Below are positions 23,878-37,856 of a stretch of 64,000 bases of DNA, one piece after another. The notes under the pieces were generated by a model. It was not told the DNA's origin, did no database searches, and worked only from the letters and a program-made list of their open reading frames with translations. The stretch is from Octopus vulgaris. Its lineage: Eukaryota. Positions within the stretch are counted from its first letter, which is position 1. Every line of letters begins with the position of its first letter. The DNA lies in NCBI GenBank assembly GCA_951406725.2, contig OX597818.1:127534001-127598000 (forward strand), in the 5' to 3' direction. The position numbers and the translations under genes were made by a program.

Positions 23878-24993
23878 CAGGGGTTGGACAAATTAATAGA
23901 AATACCTTAAAATTTCAAACAAATTTATTTTAATATCGGGTAGGACCGTCTTTGGCAATAATTACAACTTGAATTCTATGAGGTATGGACTCATACAAAG
24001 TTTGAATTGTTTCCAAAGGAATTTTTAGCCATTCTTCAGCTAAAACAGTCTCCAATTCCTGTAGTGATGATGGTGGAGGATATCGACTCCTTATTTATTT
24101 TTCTATAATGCACTATGAATATTCAATAATATTGAGATCTGGGGACTGTGGTGGCCAGATAAGATGTTCAACTTCACTAGAATGTTCCTTGTGCTATTCA
24201 GTAACACCTTTAGACGTGTGAATTGGTGCGTTATCATCCTGAAAGATTACGCTTCCATCTGGAAACAGTTCCGCAACCATTGGATGAATTTGATCAGATA
24301 AAATGCTTAAATAGTCTTGACTATTAATTCTTCTATGAAGGGAAACCATTGGTACGGCGGATTTCCAAGATATAGCACCCCCAGATCATCACAGATCTTC
24401 CATGTTTAACAGTTGGAGGGAGGCAGTCTGGGTCAAATGCTTCTTTTTGGGTGTCTCCACACGTATACTCGGCCAGTAGTTGGAAATAAAGTAACGGTTG
24501 ACTCGTCCTGGAAAATAACATTCTTCCACTGCTCTAGGGACCAATTCCGTAGGTTTTTACTCCACTCTAAACGTTTTGCAACGTTTGTTTTTGAAAGTAG
24601 TGGTTTTCTGATTGCAGTCCTCCCATGAAATCCGGCTTTGTGCAGCTCCCGGCGAACAGTTTTCCTTCTTTCTCAAATGCTGTCATTACTTTCGAGACAG
24701 TACTTCTTGATACACTAAACATTTAGGCTGTTTTCGTTAGGCTTGTGCCTGCCATACGAGTACCAACAATTTGACCTCTTTGAAAGTTCGATAGATCTGT
24801 CATTTTAATGAATTTTAATTACCTTTTTCCTTGTGATATCTGAAAAGAAACAGCAATTTTAGCAAAACATATTAAGCAACACTAATAATAAATCAAAAAA
24901 CATAAAAATAAACAAATTTTTGACTGTTTCATAGATATTTCAAAATTATGACGCTATGATGCTAGGTGTTTCCATCATTTTATCCAACCCCTG
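23878..24993 (-). mobile_element. Tc1-like transposon with both TIRs and a degenerate transposase
   Basis: TIRs CAGGGGTTGGACAAATTAATAGAAATACCT / AGGTGTTTCCATCATTTTATCCAACCCCTG, TA on the left. Minus strand MTDLSNFQRGQIVGTRMAG, PTVKHGRSVMIWGC, FQDDNAPIH, WPPQSPDLNIIE. Confidence 0.9.
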
Positions 24994-25419
24994 TGTGTGT
25001 GTGTATATATATATATACTTCGTAGTTAGATACAGTAGTGTCTATAGCAAGTCGCCTTAGTCTCTAATAATAATGACCTTAATAAGAGTAGCTAATCAGC
25101 GTGTCCCGTCCCATTCATCCATTTATGACACATAATTATATCGCCATTGTTTACATGGGTGTTGTATTAACTTTGGAAAAACAAAAAGTCCGCTGCCGGC
25201 ATAATTAATAACTGCATATCAGCTTTACCTACTGACGGACTGATTGACATAGATACATACATCCATATATCCATCCAACCATTCTTCCACCCATCCATAC
25301 TTACATACATACATATATACATACATACATACATACATACATACATACATACATACATGCATACATACATACATCCAAAATTTTCGAGGCATTGTGCCTA
25401 GAGTAGAAATTATTGTTTT

Positions 25420-25578
25420 CATCTGTCTTTACGTTCTGAGTTCAAATTCCGCCGAAGTCGACTTTGCCTTTCAACCTTTCGGGGTCTATAAATCAAATAC
25501 CAGTTGCCTACTGGGCTCGGTCTAATCGACTGGCCCCCTTCCCAAAACTTTCGGGCCTTGTGCCTAGAGTAGAAAAGA
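25420..25578 (+). mobile_element. SINE family A, older subfamily, 5'-truncated
   Basis: B box gagttcaaattcc, conserved core, and tail ggccttgtgcctagagtagaaa. Confidence 0.7.
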
Positions 25579-25964
25579 ATATATGCTCGTTCTTCACTTG
25601 AGTATCCTTTGACTGAAATTTTTCGTCCCACATCCGGTGACTTCTTCAGCGAATCTCCGTCCTACGAGTTTCCTCCTGCTCTGTTTAGTCCATTCTCTAA
25701 ATGTACTAAATATAAAAATATGTATTCCAACATACGATTTCACTCCAGAAATCTAGCAAAACAAATACATAAACGTAGTGTATCTGTCTGTCTGTCTGTC
25801 TGTGCGTGCGTGCATGTGTGTGTGTGTGTGTGTATTACGTCGGTGCAGTTAAAATCCAGCTTGTGTCCTCTTGAAGCACGTTTGCTTATTCCAGTATTCC
25901 AAAAGCCTCTGAATGAATTTTGCAATGTATGCTTTAAGTCGTGCAGCTAAATATACGAGAGGAT

Positions 25965-26339
25965 ACTCTTACTCTTTTTACATGTTTCAGTCATTTGACT
26001 GCGGCCATGCTGGAGCACCGCCTTTAGTCGAGCAAATCGACCCCGGGACTTATTCTTTGTAAGCCCAGTACTTATTCTATCTTTTGCCGAACCGCTAAGT
26101 GACGGGGACGTAAACACACCAGCATGGGTTGTCAAGCAATACTAGGTGGACAAACACAGACACACAAACACATACACACACATACATACATACATATATA
26201 TAAATATATACATATATACGACAGGCTTCTTTCAGTTTCCGTCTACCAAATCCACTCACAAGATGCCACGCAGTGGGACTGAACCTGGAACCATGTGGTT
26301 GGTTAGCAAGCTACTTACCACATAGCCACTCTTGCGCCT
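25965..26339 (-). mobile_element. SINE family C (CORE-like) with internal deletion
   Basis: Reverse complement of 34018-34428, lacking part of the CORE-like region. Confidence 0.85.
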
Positions 26340-26852
26340 ATTGTATAAATCCTAATGAAGGAACCTTATTAATAATTTTTATCATCTGGAAATGCGCTGA
26401 TATATTTATCTCGTATGAAAGCCTTGAAACCTCATCTAACATACCTTTACCTATGTAAATATTTTTTTTACCTACATGAAGAAAGCATTAAGTGTAATTA
26501 GAAATAAACCTCCATCTGGGAAAACGTTGAGTAGTGATATGCGTCATTTTCTAGAAAATATTTTAACCCGGCCCTACTAACTGACAGATTATTCGTCATC
26601 TCAGCAACACAACAACTTCTACGGGTATGATTATGTGATTAGGAAATCTCCTTCGTAAACACGTGGAATAGGAGAATAAGTCCCACTGCGTGGTGTCTTT
26701 GGCAATCGTACACTTCTACTGCCCCGATCCGCTCAATGTCTTGTGATTGAATTCGGCGGCTAGAAATTTTGTGGAAACCCGTTGTGAAAGTAAGATTACA
26801 TATAGAGTACTACTCCACTACGGTCTTCGTCGTTAGCAACAACAGAAGCAAC

Positions 26853-26902
<50 letters not shown>

Positions 26903-27269
26903 CAGCAGCAGCAGCAGCAGCAGCGCCAACATTACCAAACGAAAACGACCAGCTGCCTGGCCCACTTCTCGTGGTACCGAGTGTTGTCGTACGTAGAAGG
27001 ACGACAACGTGTGTAGCACATTTGCAGAAGCATGCAAGATATCTCACTCCTTGCTTCAGATAGGAGAGTGTGGGAGAGACAGGCACCACGCGGAAGTGCA
27101 GCTTATTGTTTATAAGCCAGTTGGCAGGGTAGGAGGAACATTGCATAACTGGCTATTGAAGACTCAAGCCCTCGCCAATAAAATAAAATCCTACCATCCT
27201 CCTCTGGATAAAACCCATGTTGCAAAAAAAAAGAAAAGAAAGAGATTGCAACGCAACCACAGCAACAGT

Positions 27270-27270
27270 A

Positions 27271-27351
<81 letters not shown>

Positions 27352-27368
27352 CAGCAGCAGCGGCGGCG

Positions 27369-27463
<95 letters not shown>

Positions 27464-27492
27464 GGTGGTGGTGGTGGTGGTGGTGGTGATGA

Positions 27493-27543
<51 letters not shown>

Positions 27544-27552
27544 CAGTAGTAG
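27270..27552. repeat. Compound (TAG)n(CAG)n(TAG)n(TGG)n(TAG)n microsatellite
   Basis: Read directly from the sequence; a shorter (TAG)n(CAG)n tract lies at 26853-26924. Confidence 0.95.
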
Positions 27553-27814
27553 TTTCTGTTGTTCTTGTTCTCTTTGTTCTTGTTGGCTGTATGGAATTTT
27601 AATGTACAAAACTTTTGCAAACGATTTTAATCCCAGTTATTTAAGTTAAATATTTGTGTACGTGTGAAGTTACAGCATCAGTAAATCTCAGCGTAATTTC
27701 CCTCTGCGGACATATCTATCCGTTTCCTATTTTCCACTCTATTTCCCCCACCTTCTCTCTCTTTCTCTCTCTCTCTCCCCTGTTTGTATGCATACATACA
27801 CACACACACGCATG

Positions 27815-27858
<44 letters not shown>

Positions 27859-27896
27859 AATGAAAGAATGGAGTTGAACGACGATTTCACAAAATT

Positions 27897-27991
27897 CCTT
27901 TAATCTCGACATATGTTTCGAAGACTGCATATTCCTAATTCCGAAGGAATAAAGGGTGCATTATGCCGCCTTCTCATCAGGAAAGACAAGG
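27897..27991 (-). ncRNA. Type I hammerhead ribozyme (mirror copy in the left arm)
   Basis: TCATCAG at 27974-27980 and GACATATGTTTC at 27908-27919 are the reverse complement of the motif above. Confidence 0.75.
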
Positions 27992-28116
27992 AACTTATGT
28001 CAGCATCATGACAAACAAAAACTTATCACTATCACTATGGACTTATCCATTATCACTATGGACTCCGCGTGGGCAGTCATCTAAAAGTTTTGTTCGTCAT
28101 GATGCTGACATAAGTT

Positions 28117-28211
28117 CCTTGTCTTTCCTGATGAGAAGGCGGCATAATGCACACTTTATTCCTTCGGAATTAGGAATATGCAGTCTTCGAAACATATGTC
28201 GAGATTAAAGG
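28117..28211 (+). ncRNA. Type I hammerhead ribozyme, canonical core
   Basis: CTGATGA (28128-28134), stem II GAAGGC.GCATA/TATGC.GTCTTC, GAAA (28189-28192), palindromic stem III ACATATGT, GTC ending at 28200, stem I TTTC/GAGA. Confidence 0.75.
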
Positions 28212-28437
28212 AATTTTGTTAAATCGTCGTTCAACTCCATTCTTTCATTTATTTACAGTAAAAAAAACACACAAATTTCCACACGAAAGCACGTGATCTC
28301 TGGCCTTGGCATGTAGCTTCAACCGTGTTTTCTGACGTGAATTTGCTACCCGGGTATCGGTTAACTGAATTATCCATACTAGGATAATTCATTCAACTAC
28401 TTAAATATATATATATATATATACACACCTATAATAC

Positions 28438-28530
<93 letters not shown>

Positions 28531-28672
28531 GGGAGAGAGAGACACACAGACAGACAGACAGACAGAGGAAATTCATACATACATTTGTACACACATGTAT
28601 ACGTACAGATTCTTATTTGCTGTCTTTCAATTTGTCTATCGTATTCTCTCTCTTTCTCTTTCTCCCTCTCCT

Positions 28673-28723
<51 letters not shown>

Positions 28724-29127
28724 ATCTATCTATCTATCTATTTATCTATCTATCAATCTAACCGAGTATTTATTTATCATCTTTTCTGCAAACAATAAAT
28801 TTAAACAAATAAACCCCAATCATATATCGATCGCCGATAAGCAAGGAGTCGCAGCTGGCTCGCGACATAGGAGGCTATCAAGCTACAGGCAGTTCTCCTT
28901 GACAAGGATACTTACACACCCAATGATTAGAATCCAGCAAGCTGTATACACTATGGGAGAAGCTAGCAATCTGTTGCTGTTGTGTATTCATGTCCAGGTC
29001 AGCTCTGATAGACCAATTCTAGAGCATGAAGGTAATTGATCGAACGGCTATTTGTGATAAACATCTCTATTGTTCGAGGTTTACTACGCTCTTTCCTGGA
29101 TGAAAACATTTGCACATTCCGACATGT

Positions 29128-29555
29128 TAGTTAGTTAGTTAGTTAGTTAGTTAATTTGGCTCAAAAGCAAATAGCAAGGCCATGTAGGGGGACATGGAGT
29201 TAAGTACAGGGTGGTGTTCATGTAAAGAGTTCAGGCCACTTGAGGTCAAGGGAGGCTTTGAACAAAGCGGTCGTCGGCATCTTCACCATCTCGTCTGGCA
29301 GCTTGTTCCACGGATCCGCAACCCGGACGGAGAAAGCTCCTCTCCTTCGATTGAGATGAAATCGTTGCAGGTAGAGCCTTTCGGAGTGACCCCGCAGCCG
29401 ACGCTCTGGAGCAGGAGTGAAGAACAGCTCTTTCGAGAGGTTACACTTTCCGCTTATGATGTTGTGGCCGAGAATGAGATCACCACGGCGGCGGCGTTTT
29501 TCTAGAGAATAAAGGTCGAGCGTCCTCAGCCTTTCTTCATAGGACAAATTTTTTA
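29128..29555 (-). mobile_element. CR1-type LINE, young 5'-truncated copy with (TAAC)n tail
   Basis: Open LSYEERLRTLDLYSLEKRRRRGDLI..LRGHS..FSVRVADPWNKLP..FKASLD. Direct repeat GACATGT at 29121-29127 / 29556-29562. Confidence 0.88.
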
Positions 29556-29603
29556 GACATGTGCAGAGATAAACGGTATGGTGTGCAGCGTGGCTCTCTA
29601 GAT

Positions 29604-29905
29604 CAGTCGTTTTCAACCATATTTTTGTCTATGGATCCCTTTAGTTACTATTTTACTTTAGTGGAACCCCATAGCCTCCCGATGTTTAAAAACTAGTTTT
29701 ATAGATATTTCGTTCAAAATTCCTATTTTGTTTTTCGAACATTAACTTATGTAGGTTGAACTATGTAAAACATTAGAGAAAGAAACCTAGTTATTTCTTC
29801 CAATAAATACATCTAAATCAAATTTTTTTCAAGGACCTTTAATGTACTATTGTGTGTACTCAATTTGCTATTTTGCTTGCATGGACCCCCAGTTGGAAAT
29901 ATATG
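29604..29905. mobile_element. Non-autonomous hAT (Charlie-like) MITE
   Basis: Left TIR CAGTCGTTTTCAACC, degenerate right TIR, TSD CTCTAGAT / CTCTAGGC. Ends resemble 1413-1688 in opposite orientation. Confidence 0.65.
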
Positions 29906-29929
29906 CTCTAGGCATATATTCTCTCCATA

Positions 29930-30371
29930 GGCACGGGCATGGCTCTGTGGTTAAGAAGTTCGCTTTGCAATCACATCGTTTTGGATTCAATTCCTACTGC
30001 ATAACACTTTGGGCAAGTGTCTTCTACTATAGCGCCGGGTTGACCACTGCCTTGCAAGAGAATTTGGTCGGCGGAATCTGTTTCAAAACTGTTATAAATA
30101 TGTATATATACATGTGTGTGTGTGCGCATGCGTGTGTGTGTGTGTGTCTTTGCGCTTGTTTTTTAACCAACCACCACCACAACTGACTGTCAACCGGTGC
30201 TAGTTTGTTTACGTCCCAGTAAGTTAGCTGTTGAAAGAGGCCGATAGAATAAGTACTAGGCTTTAAAAAATAAAATAGGCACTCGGGTTGATTTGTTTTG
30301 ACTAAAACCCTTCAAGGCGGTGCGCCGGCATGGCTGCAGCCCCATGAATGAAATAAGTAAAAGATAAAAGA
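29930..30371 (+). mobile_element. SINE family C, diverged copy
   Basis: CORE-like ttgggcaagtgtcttctactatagc, internal (TG)n, tail ggcggtgc..gcatggctgcag..aagtaaaagataaaaga. Confidence 0.75.
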
Positions 30372-30372
30372 T

Positions 30373-30515
30373 CATCCTTCCTATTCCTGTACTGGCGCAG
30401 CAGCAGAAGAAACTCTAGATCGAAATCGATCAAGACATGCTGGACTGTGCTAACGATGACCCAGATTTCATGAAGACCATCATCACGGATGAAGAGATAT
30501 TGATTTATTGTCTCT
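30373..30515 (+). mobile_element. Mariner transposase fragment
   Basis: QQKKL*IEIDQDMLDCANDDPDFMKTIITDEEILIY matches the mariner region around the first catalytic Asp (ITGDETW). Confidence 0.65.
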
Positions 30516-30717
30516 TCGATGCATTCGGTTATCTTACGTGAAACCCTAAATCTGACGATCGCGCACTACACATATGTACTCTGGGCGTAGCAGCTTGGAG
30601 TTGACGCAGCCTACCGGCGCGAAAATTTTCATGCATGCGAAAGTAGGTGGCTTCATCTCCCATCGAAAGTATTATTTTGCCCACGTGATATTAGTTTTGG
30701 CGGGAAAATATAAAGTT

Positions 30718-31008
30718 GTTAGGGCAGCGGACTCGCGGTCATAGGATCGCGGTTTCGATTCGCAGACCGGGGGTTGTGTGTGTTTATTGAGCGAAAACAC
30801 CTAAAGCTCCATGAGGCTCCGGCAGGGGGTGGTGGCGACCCCTGTTGTACTCTTTCACCCCAACTTTCTCTCACTCTTTCTTCCTGTTTCTTGAGTAATG
30901 CTGCGATGGACTGGCGCCCCGTCCAGCTGGGGGGAGGACACATACGCCACAGAAACCGGGAAACCGGGCCCATGAGTCTGGCTAGGCTTGAAAAGGGTGC
31001 ATAAATAA
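30718..31008 (+). mobile_element. SINE family B with tail T2 (slightly 5'-truncated)
   Basis: Head and body as in 23294; tail as in 4331 and 15478. Confidence 0.8.
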
Positions 31009-31525
31009 AATATACACACACACACACACGCACACATACACACACACACATATCTATGGGGTATATGGGGAATTGTCCCCTACCACCTTATGACAACAGA
31101 TGATGCTTTGTTCACGTCCCCATAACTTAGAGATTCAGCAAAAGACACCGATAAAATAAATATCGAATAATTTGTTCGACTACAGCTACAGGGCGTTGCT
31201 CGAACATGACCGCAGTCCAATGACTGAAATCTGCCAAAGAGTAATCTGCACTATTTGACATTTCATGCGCTTATCTGAATCAGAAAAAGAGTAACAGGGC
31301 TATAGTCCTATTCCTATTTCTATTTGGTTCTTACATTCATAATACCATTTATACTAAAATTTTACCTGTTATATATGCAACAGTTTTCTTTGTCCTTACT
31401 GACCTCAACGACTCAGTTCATTATAGTATATTTTACAGTCGTGTGAATTTTAAATTCCATATAATGTTAGATGTTTCTCAGCACTTTTCTCTATTTTTCT
31501 ATATATCTAACGCCTTCATGTTTTC

Positions 31526-31590
<65 letters not shown>

Positions 31591-31750
31591 TATTATATGC
31601 ACACACGCGTACACCTACATACTTACACACACATCGATATATATATCTATATATATACGCTCATAAGATATACGTCATTGATACCTCTTCCTACCTTCTC
31701 TTCGCCTTCCTTCTCTCTCACTCATTTTCTATTTTTTCTTTTCCTCCCCT

Positions 31751-31781
<31 letters not shown>

Positions 31782-31900
31782 CTTCTCCAGAATATCTATC
31801 AATCATTTATAAAAGCATATATTTATTGAATTAACTTTTATTTTATTTTATATTACCTATTTCCATCACTAGAGTCTACCCACAAAGGTTTCAGTATACC

Positions 31901-32133
31901 TATTTCTTTACTACCCACAAGGGGCTAAACATAGAGGGGACAAACAAGGACAGACAAACGGATTAAGTCGATGATATCGACCCCAGTGTGTAACTGGTAC
32001 TTAATTTATCGTCCCCGAAAGGATGAAAGGCAAAGTCGACCTCGGCGGAATTTGAACTCAGAACGTAACGGCAGACGAAATTCCACTAAGCATTTCGCCC
32101 AGCGCGCTAACGTGTCTGCCAGCTCACCGCCTT
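31901..32133 (-). mobile_element. SINE family A, young subfamily
   Basis: Full length, with 15-bp TSD AGGTTTCAGTATACC (31886-31900 / 32134-32148). Confidence 0.9.
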
Positions 32134-32550
32134 AGGTTTCAGTATACCAAGAGTTATTACAATCTGCTACTCATTTTATCGTTATCTAATTAACGGATAG
32201 CTAAGTCAGTTTTAACATAAAGAGTTACAACTCGATACCGACTCTCACACACATACACACATTGTCATTCATAAATTTAAATCCCGACGAGGTCAATTTT
32301 GCGTTTTATTCTTTCGAAGTCGATATATAAAATACCAGTAAAGGATGGTAAATTACGAGTGTTGTTATGGTGCGTGATGAGACATCTTCCAGTGTTTGTC
32401 GCGTCTCTGTACGTTTTCAGTTCAAATCCTGCTTCTTGTTATCAGAAAAGAACGGTATCACACTAATAAGGTGTTGTAACAGCAAAATCCAATGAAATAA
32501 GAAGACCTCTTCTTCGATCGGAAGACGGGTTGCCATGCGATATACAAACA

Positions 32551-32594
<44 letters not shown>

Positions 32595-32595
<1 letters not shown>

Positions 32596-32835
32596 CGGGA
32601 AGGTTTACGAAAATAAACAAAAGACGAAGGCAGGTGGAGTGCAAACAAACAAATGTATTAGTATGACGCTCAGGAATAGAAATAGAACAAGTCTTTTACG
32701 TTTCGAGCCTACGCTCTTCCACAGAAAGGGACACAGAAAAAAAAACAAGGAGAGAAACAAGGAGAGAAAAAAATGCGTGTAGGAGATAACGATCTATCAT
32801 GGCGTTCTGACTTCGGGTAGAGGTCAGAGGTCAGA
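32595..32835 (-). mobile_element. Penelope-like pLTR fragment in (TA)n
   Basis: Paralogue of 16824-17012. Minus strand CTGTGGA-A-GAGC-GTAG-GCTC-GAAACG...GAGCGTC. Confidence 0.6.
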
Positions 32836-32905
32836 TATATATATACATATAGATACACATATGCATGCATATAGTCATACGTACACAAACGGACAAACAA
32901 ATGCA

Positions 32906-32944
<39 letters not shown>

Positions 32945-33029
32945 GTCTATCTATATATCTATTGCCCAATGATGTTTAGCAATCTGAAACTTCAAGTTAC
33001 ATTATCAAGTTACAATAATATATATATAT

Positions 33030-33127
<98 letters not shown>

Positions 33128-33316
33128 TTCAAATAAACAGATAAAACTTCTAAAACCTTGGTTTTTAATGTACAAAATATATATACATTTATACATTTAA
33201 AAAGAAAAGGCAGACTCAAAATTTTCCGATGATTAACAATCAGGTATTAACATATATATGTTATAGAGCAAACCTAATCAGATTACATGGACTCGAACAA
33301 TTAGAGGAGAGAAGGC

Positions 33317-33439
33317 GTTACAAGTCCGACAGCTGTTTCTGAAGGCTGGATCTTACTTCATAATGATCAAAAACTTGCAGCTGGTAATGGAAGCAAACAA
33401 ACATTGACAAACTTCAGAACCTCCTTCAACAGGGTAAAC
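33317..33439 (-). ncRNA. Degenerate PLE-type hammerhead motif
   Basis: Minus strand CTGTTGA (A6U) ... GAAA, palindromic stem III ACAGCTGT, GTC triplet, stem II GGAGGTT/AGCCTTC closing a long loop. Confidence 0.45.
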
Positions 33440-33888
33440 AGATAAGAGTCTAACGTATCAAATGATTATACAGGGAAATTTAAAGATAGAATTGGTGTAG
33501 TAGAGGGTAATGAAGTGATAGTAGTTCTCGGTGAAGGATCAGGAATTTCAATTATCATTTATCAGAGCATTACGTAAATATCTATATCACGCTTACTTTA
33601 GCGTTATCTAACACACACACACATACATAATTTATATTTAAAATTAAAGTTTTCATAGAAGACTAAGATGTAGTATCCAAAACTTGTTTGGTTATGTCCA
33701 TAGTAGTGTGCCCTGAGAGCACGTTCACCACATTTTTTATATTTCTTATATTTTATATTGAGCTCATTTTTGTTTATCGCTCGAAAATGACCGTTATTTG
33801 AAAGGACCAATCAAACAAGTCCATTTTTAAAGGTGTAGCGTTTATACTAGTGTTGATAGAATTGGCATATCGGTTCTATTTTAACAAA

Positions 33889-33931
33889 AACTGTCCGACG
33901 AACGGGAACGTGAAACTCAGAGTAACAGGTT
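33889..33931 (+). ncRNA. Minimal type I hammerhead motif (U4C core)
   Basis: Stem I CTGT/ACAG, CCGACGA (33895-33901), stem II ACG-GGAA-CGT, GAAA (33912-33915), stem III ACTC-A-GAGT, GTA ending at 33924. AATAAA and (TA)n follow. Confidence 0.6.
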
Positions 33932-33960
33932 TTGTTGAATTTCTGCTGCTTTTAAATAAA

Positions 33961-34017
<57 letters not shown>

Positions 34018-34019
<2 letters not shown>

Positions 34020-34428
34020 CGCAGGAGTGGCTGTGTGGCAAGTAGCTTGTTTACCAACCACATGGTTCCGGGTTCAGTCCCACTGCGTGGTACCTTGGGC
34101 AAGTGTCTTCTACTATAGCCTCGGGCCGACCAAAGCCTTGTGAGTGGATTTGGTAGACGGAAACTGAAAGAAGCCCGTCGTATATAAGTATATATATATG
34201 CGTGTGTGTGTTTGTGTGTCTGTGTTTGTCCCCCTAGCATTGCTTGACAACCGATGCTGGTGTGTTTATGTCCCCGTTACTTAGCGGTTCAGCAAAAGAG
34301 GCCGATAGAATAAGTACTGGGCTTACAAAAGAATAAGTCCCGGGGTCGAGTTGCTCGATTAAAGGCGGTGCTCCAGCATGGCCGCAGTCGAATGACTGAA
34401 ACAAGTAAAAGAGTAAAGAGTAAAGAGT
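34018..34428 (+). mobile_element. SINE family C (tRNA head, CORE-like domain, internal TA/TG microsatellite), full length
   Basis: A box TGGCTGTGTGG, B box GGTTCAGTCCC, gtggtaccttgggcaagtgtctt, tail (AGTAAAG)n. Highly similar copies at 58875, 61488 and 25965. Confidence 0.88.
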
Positions 34429-35039
34429 ATATATATACATATATATATATATGCGCGCAAACACACACATATATATATATATATATATGTATATGCATTT
34501 ATATATACATGTATGCATATGTGCGTATAAATGAATATATACATACATACATACATACATACATACATACATACATACATACATACATACATACAAGTAC
34601 ACTATATACGTGTACGTATGTTCGTATTTATGTGTGCAGGCGTTTGTGAATATGAAAGTATGCATGTATGCAAGTATGTATCTTATGCGTTTCATATGCA
34701 GATTGGATGTTTCTAAACGGACGTGTGTATGCATATAATTGCGTGTGCGTTTGTAAAGAAGACATACGAAGAAAGCTAGCAACATTAATAAACAGTAAAA
34801 AAAACCCATAAGACATTGATTAAATGTAAGTCTCATGCAGGTTAAATAGTATTTTCATTTCATTATATATATATATTGTGCTTCTTGCTTTGCTTTGTTT
34901 TATTTCTTTTTTTTTTTTTTGTTATTTTAAACAGTACTATATCAGCTTCGTGGCAACAAGACGGTGACATAACCAGGTTAATTGTATGTAAGTTAAAACG
35001 CATGCACTTGCACATACACCCACACACATATCTATAAGT

Positions 35040-36582
<1,543 letters not shown>

Positions 36583-36811
36583 CTTTGACAGTGACTTGAA
36601 GATTCGGTTTGCTTTGTCTCCATCAGCTATAGTACATTGGAGTTCATCTTGGCTTTATACAGTCTCTGATAACTTTAATTTTTCTTGAGTAGGTGGAGCT
36701 TTGTTGATTGATAATTAGGTTGTAGGATAGGTTCTGCCGGAACGAAATCATGGAAGATTTTTATTGATCAAATTTGGAGTTGTATACACACACACACGCA
36801 CACACGCACAC

Positions 36812-36865
<54 letters not shown>

Positions 36866-37111
36866 TTATATATATACTTTTATCCTTTTACTTGTTTCAG
36901 TCATTTGACCTCAGCCATGCCGGAACACCGCCGTGAAGGATTTTAGTCGATGCATCCACCCAGTTTTTTTTTTTACATGGTACTTATTTTATCCGTCTCT
37001 TTTGCTAAACTGCTAAGTTACGGGGATGTAAACACATCAATGTCAAGCGGTATAGTGAGGAACAAACACTGACACAAAGACACACATACACACACAGATA
37101 TATACATAAAT

Positions 37112-37856
37112 ATATGGTGGTTGCCTACTCTTTATACAGAGTCTGACCACCTCTTGTACCTACACCTTAGATTCATCATTGCGTCTGATGTGGCTTTTTA
37201 AACCAGACAATGTATTGAAAAGACACCCGCATAGATTGCATATCTGATTTGGACCACCAAGAGCTGCAGTTAAGTTGTGATCTTTGTGGATCTTAAAATG
37301 TCTTTTGAGGCCTCCGTTAGATTTTCAGACCTTATGGCATACACGGCACCGAAAGTTGTGCACAGATATATAGGCAGAATAGTTGGTGGAGGTTCGTTTT
37401 TCATGGGTCCTCAAATAAGATTCGCGCCCAGCAATAGAAAGACATTGTCTGTCACAAACTGTGCACACAAAAAAGGTCACTGAGATTCACCTCGATCACA
37501 ACAGTCTTCTTTAAATCTCTCTTGAGTCTGGCATGTGTTATCCTGGCCTCCTCAAATGCTTTCACTCCACTCCACACTTTTGTTTGCCATCCAGCTCGAT
37601 CCGAAACAAGGATTTCTATGGCCTTTGGAGCCTTTCCAAGTGACTTCATGGTAGTCCCTATGCCGTCCTTAAAGCTCTTTTTAGATTTACACCGATTGTG
37701 TTTCCCCTCTGCAAGCACGCCATAAAACAGCTGTTTGAGTGTGTGTTCATCAGCCATTCGAACAATATGGCCAGACCATCTCATTTGATTTTTCAGAATC
37801 GTTGATTTAATTAAAGTGATGCCTGCAGACGCAAAGACATCTGTGTCTGGAGTTTT
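37112..37856 (-). mobile_element. RTE-clade LINE 3' fragment
   Basis: LKNQMRWSGHIVRMADEHTLKQLFYGVLAEGKHNRCKSKKSFKD..LVSDRAGWQTKVWSGVKAFEE is a typical RTE C-terminus. Confidence 0.8.

Larger units (their letters stand above)
27857..28251. repeat. Near-perfect inverted repeat (arms 27857-28024 and 28085-28251, ~60-bp spacer); Penelope-type inverted pLTR
   Basis: The arms are reverse complements with only a few mismatches, each arm contains a hammerhead, and the unit (to ~28404) is flanked by (TA)n. Confidence 0.9.

Noticed and set aside
29126-29153. (TTAG)n as an interstitial telomere repeat
   Set aside because: It is not TTAGGG or TTAGG; it is the (TAAC)n tail of the adjacent CR1 element.
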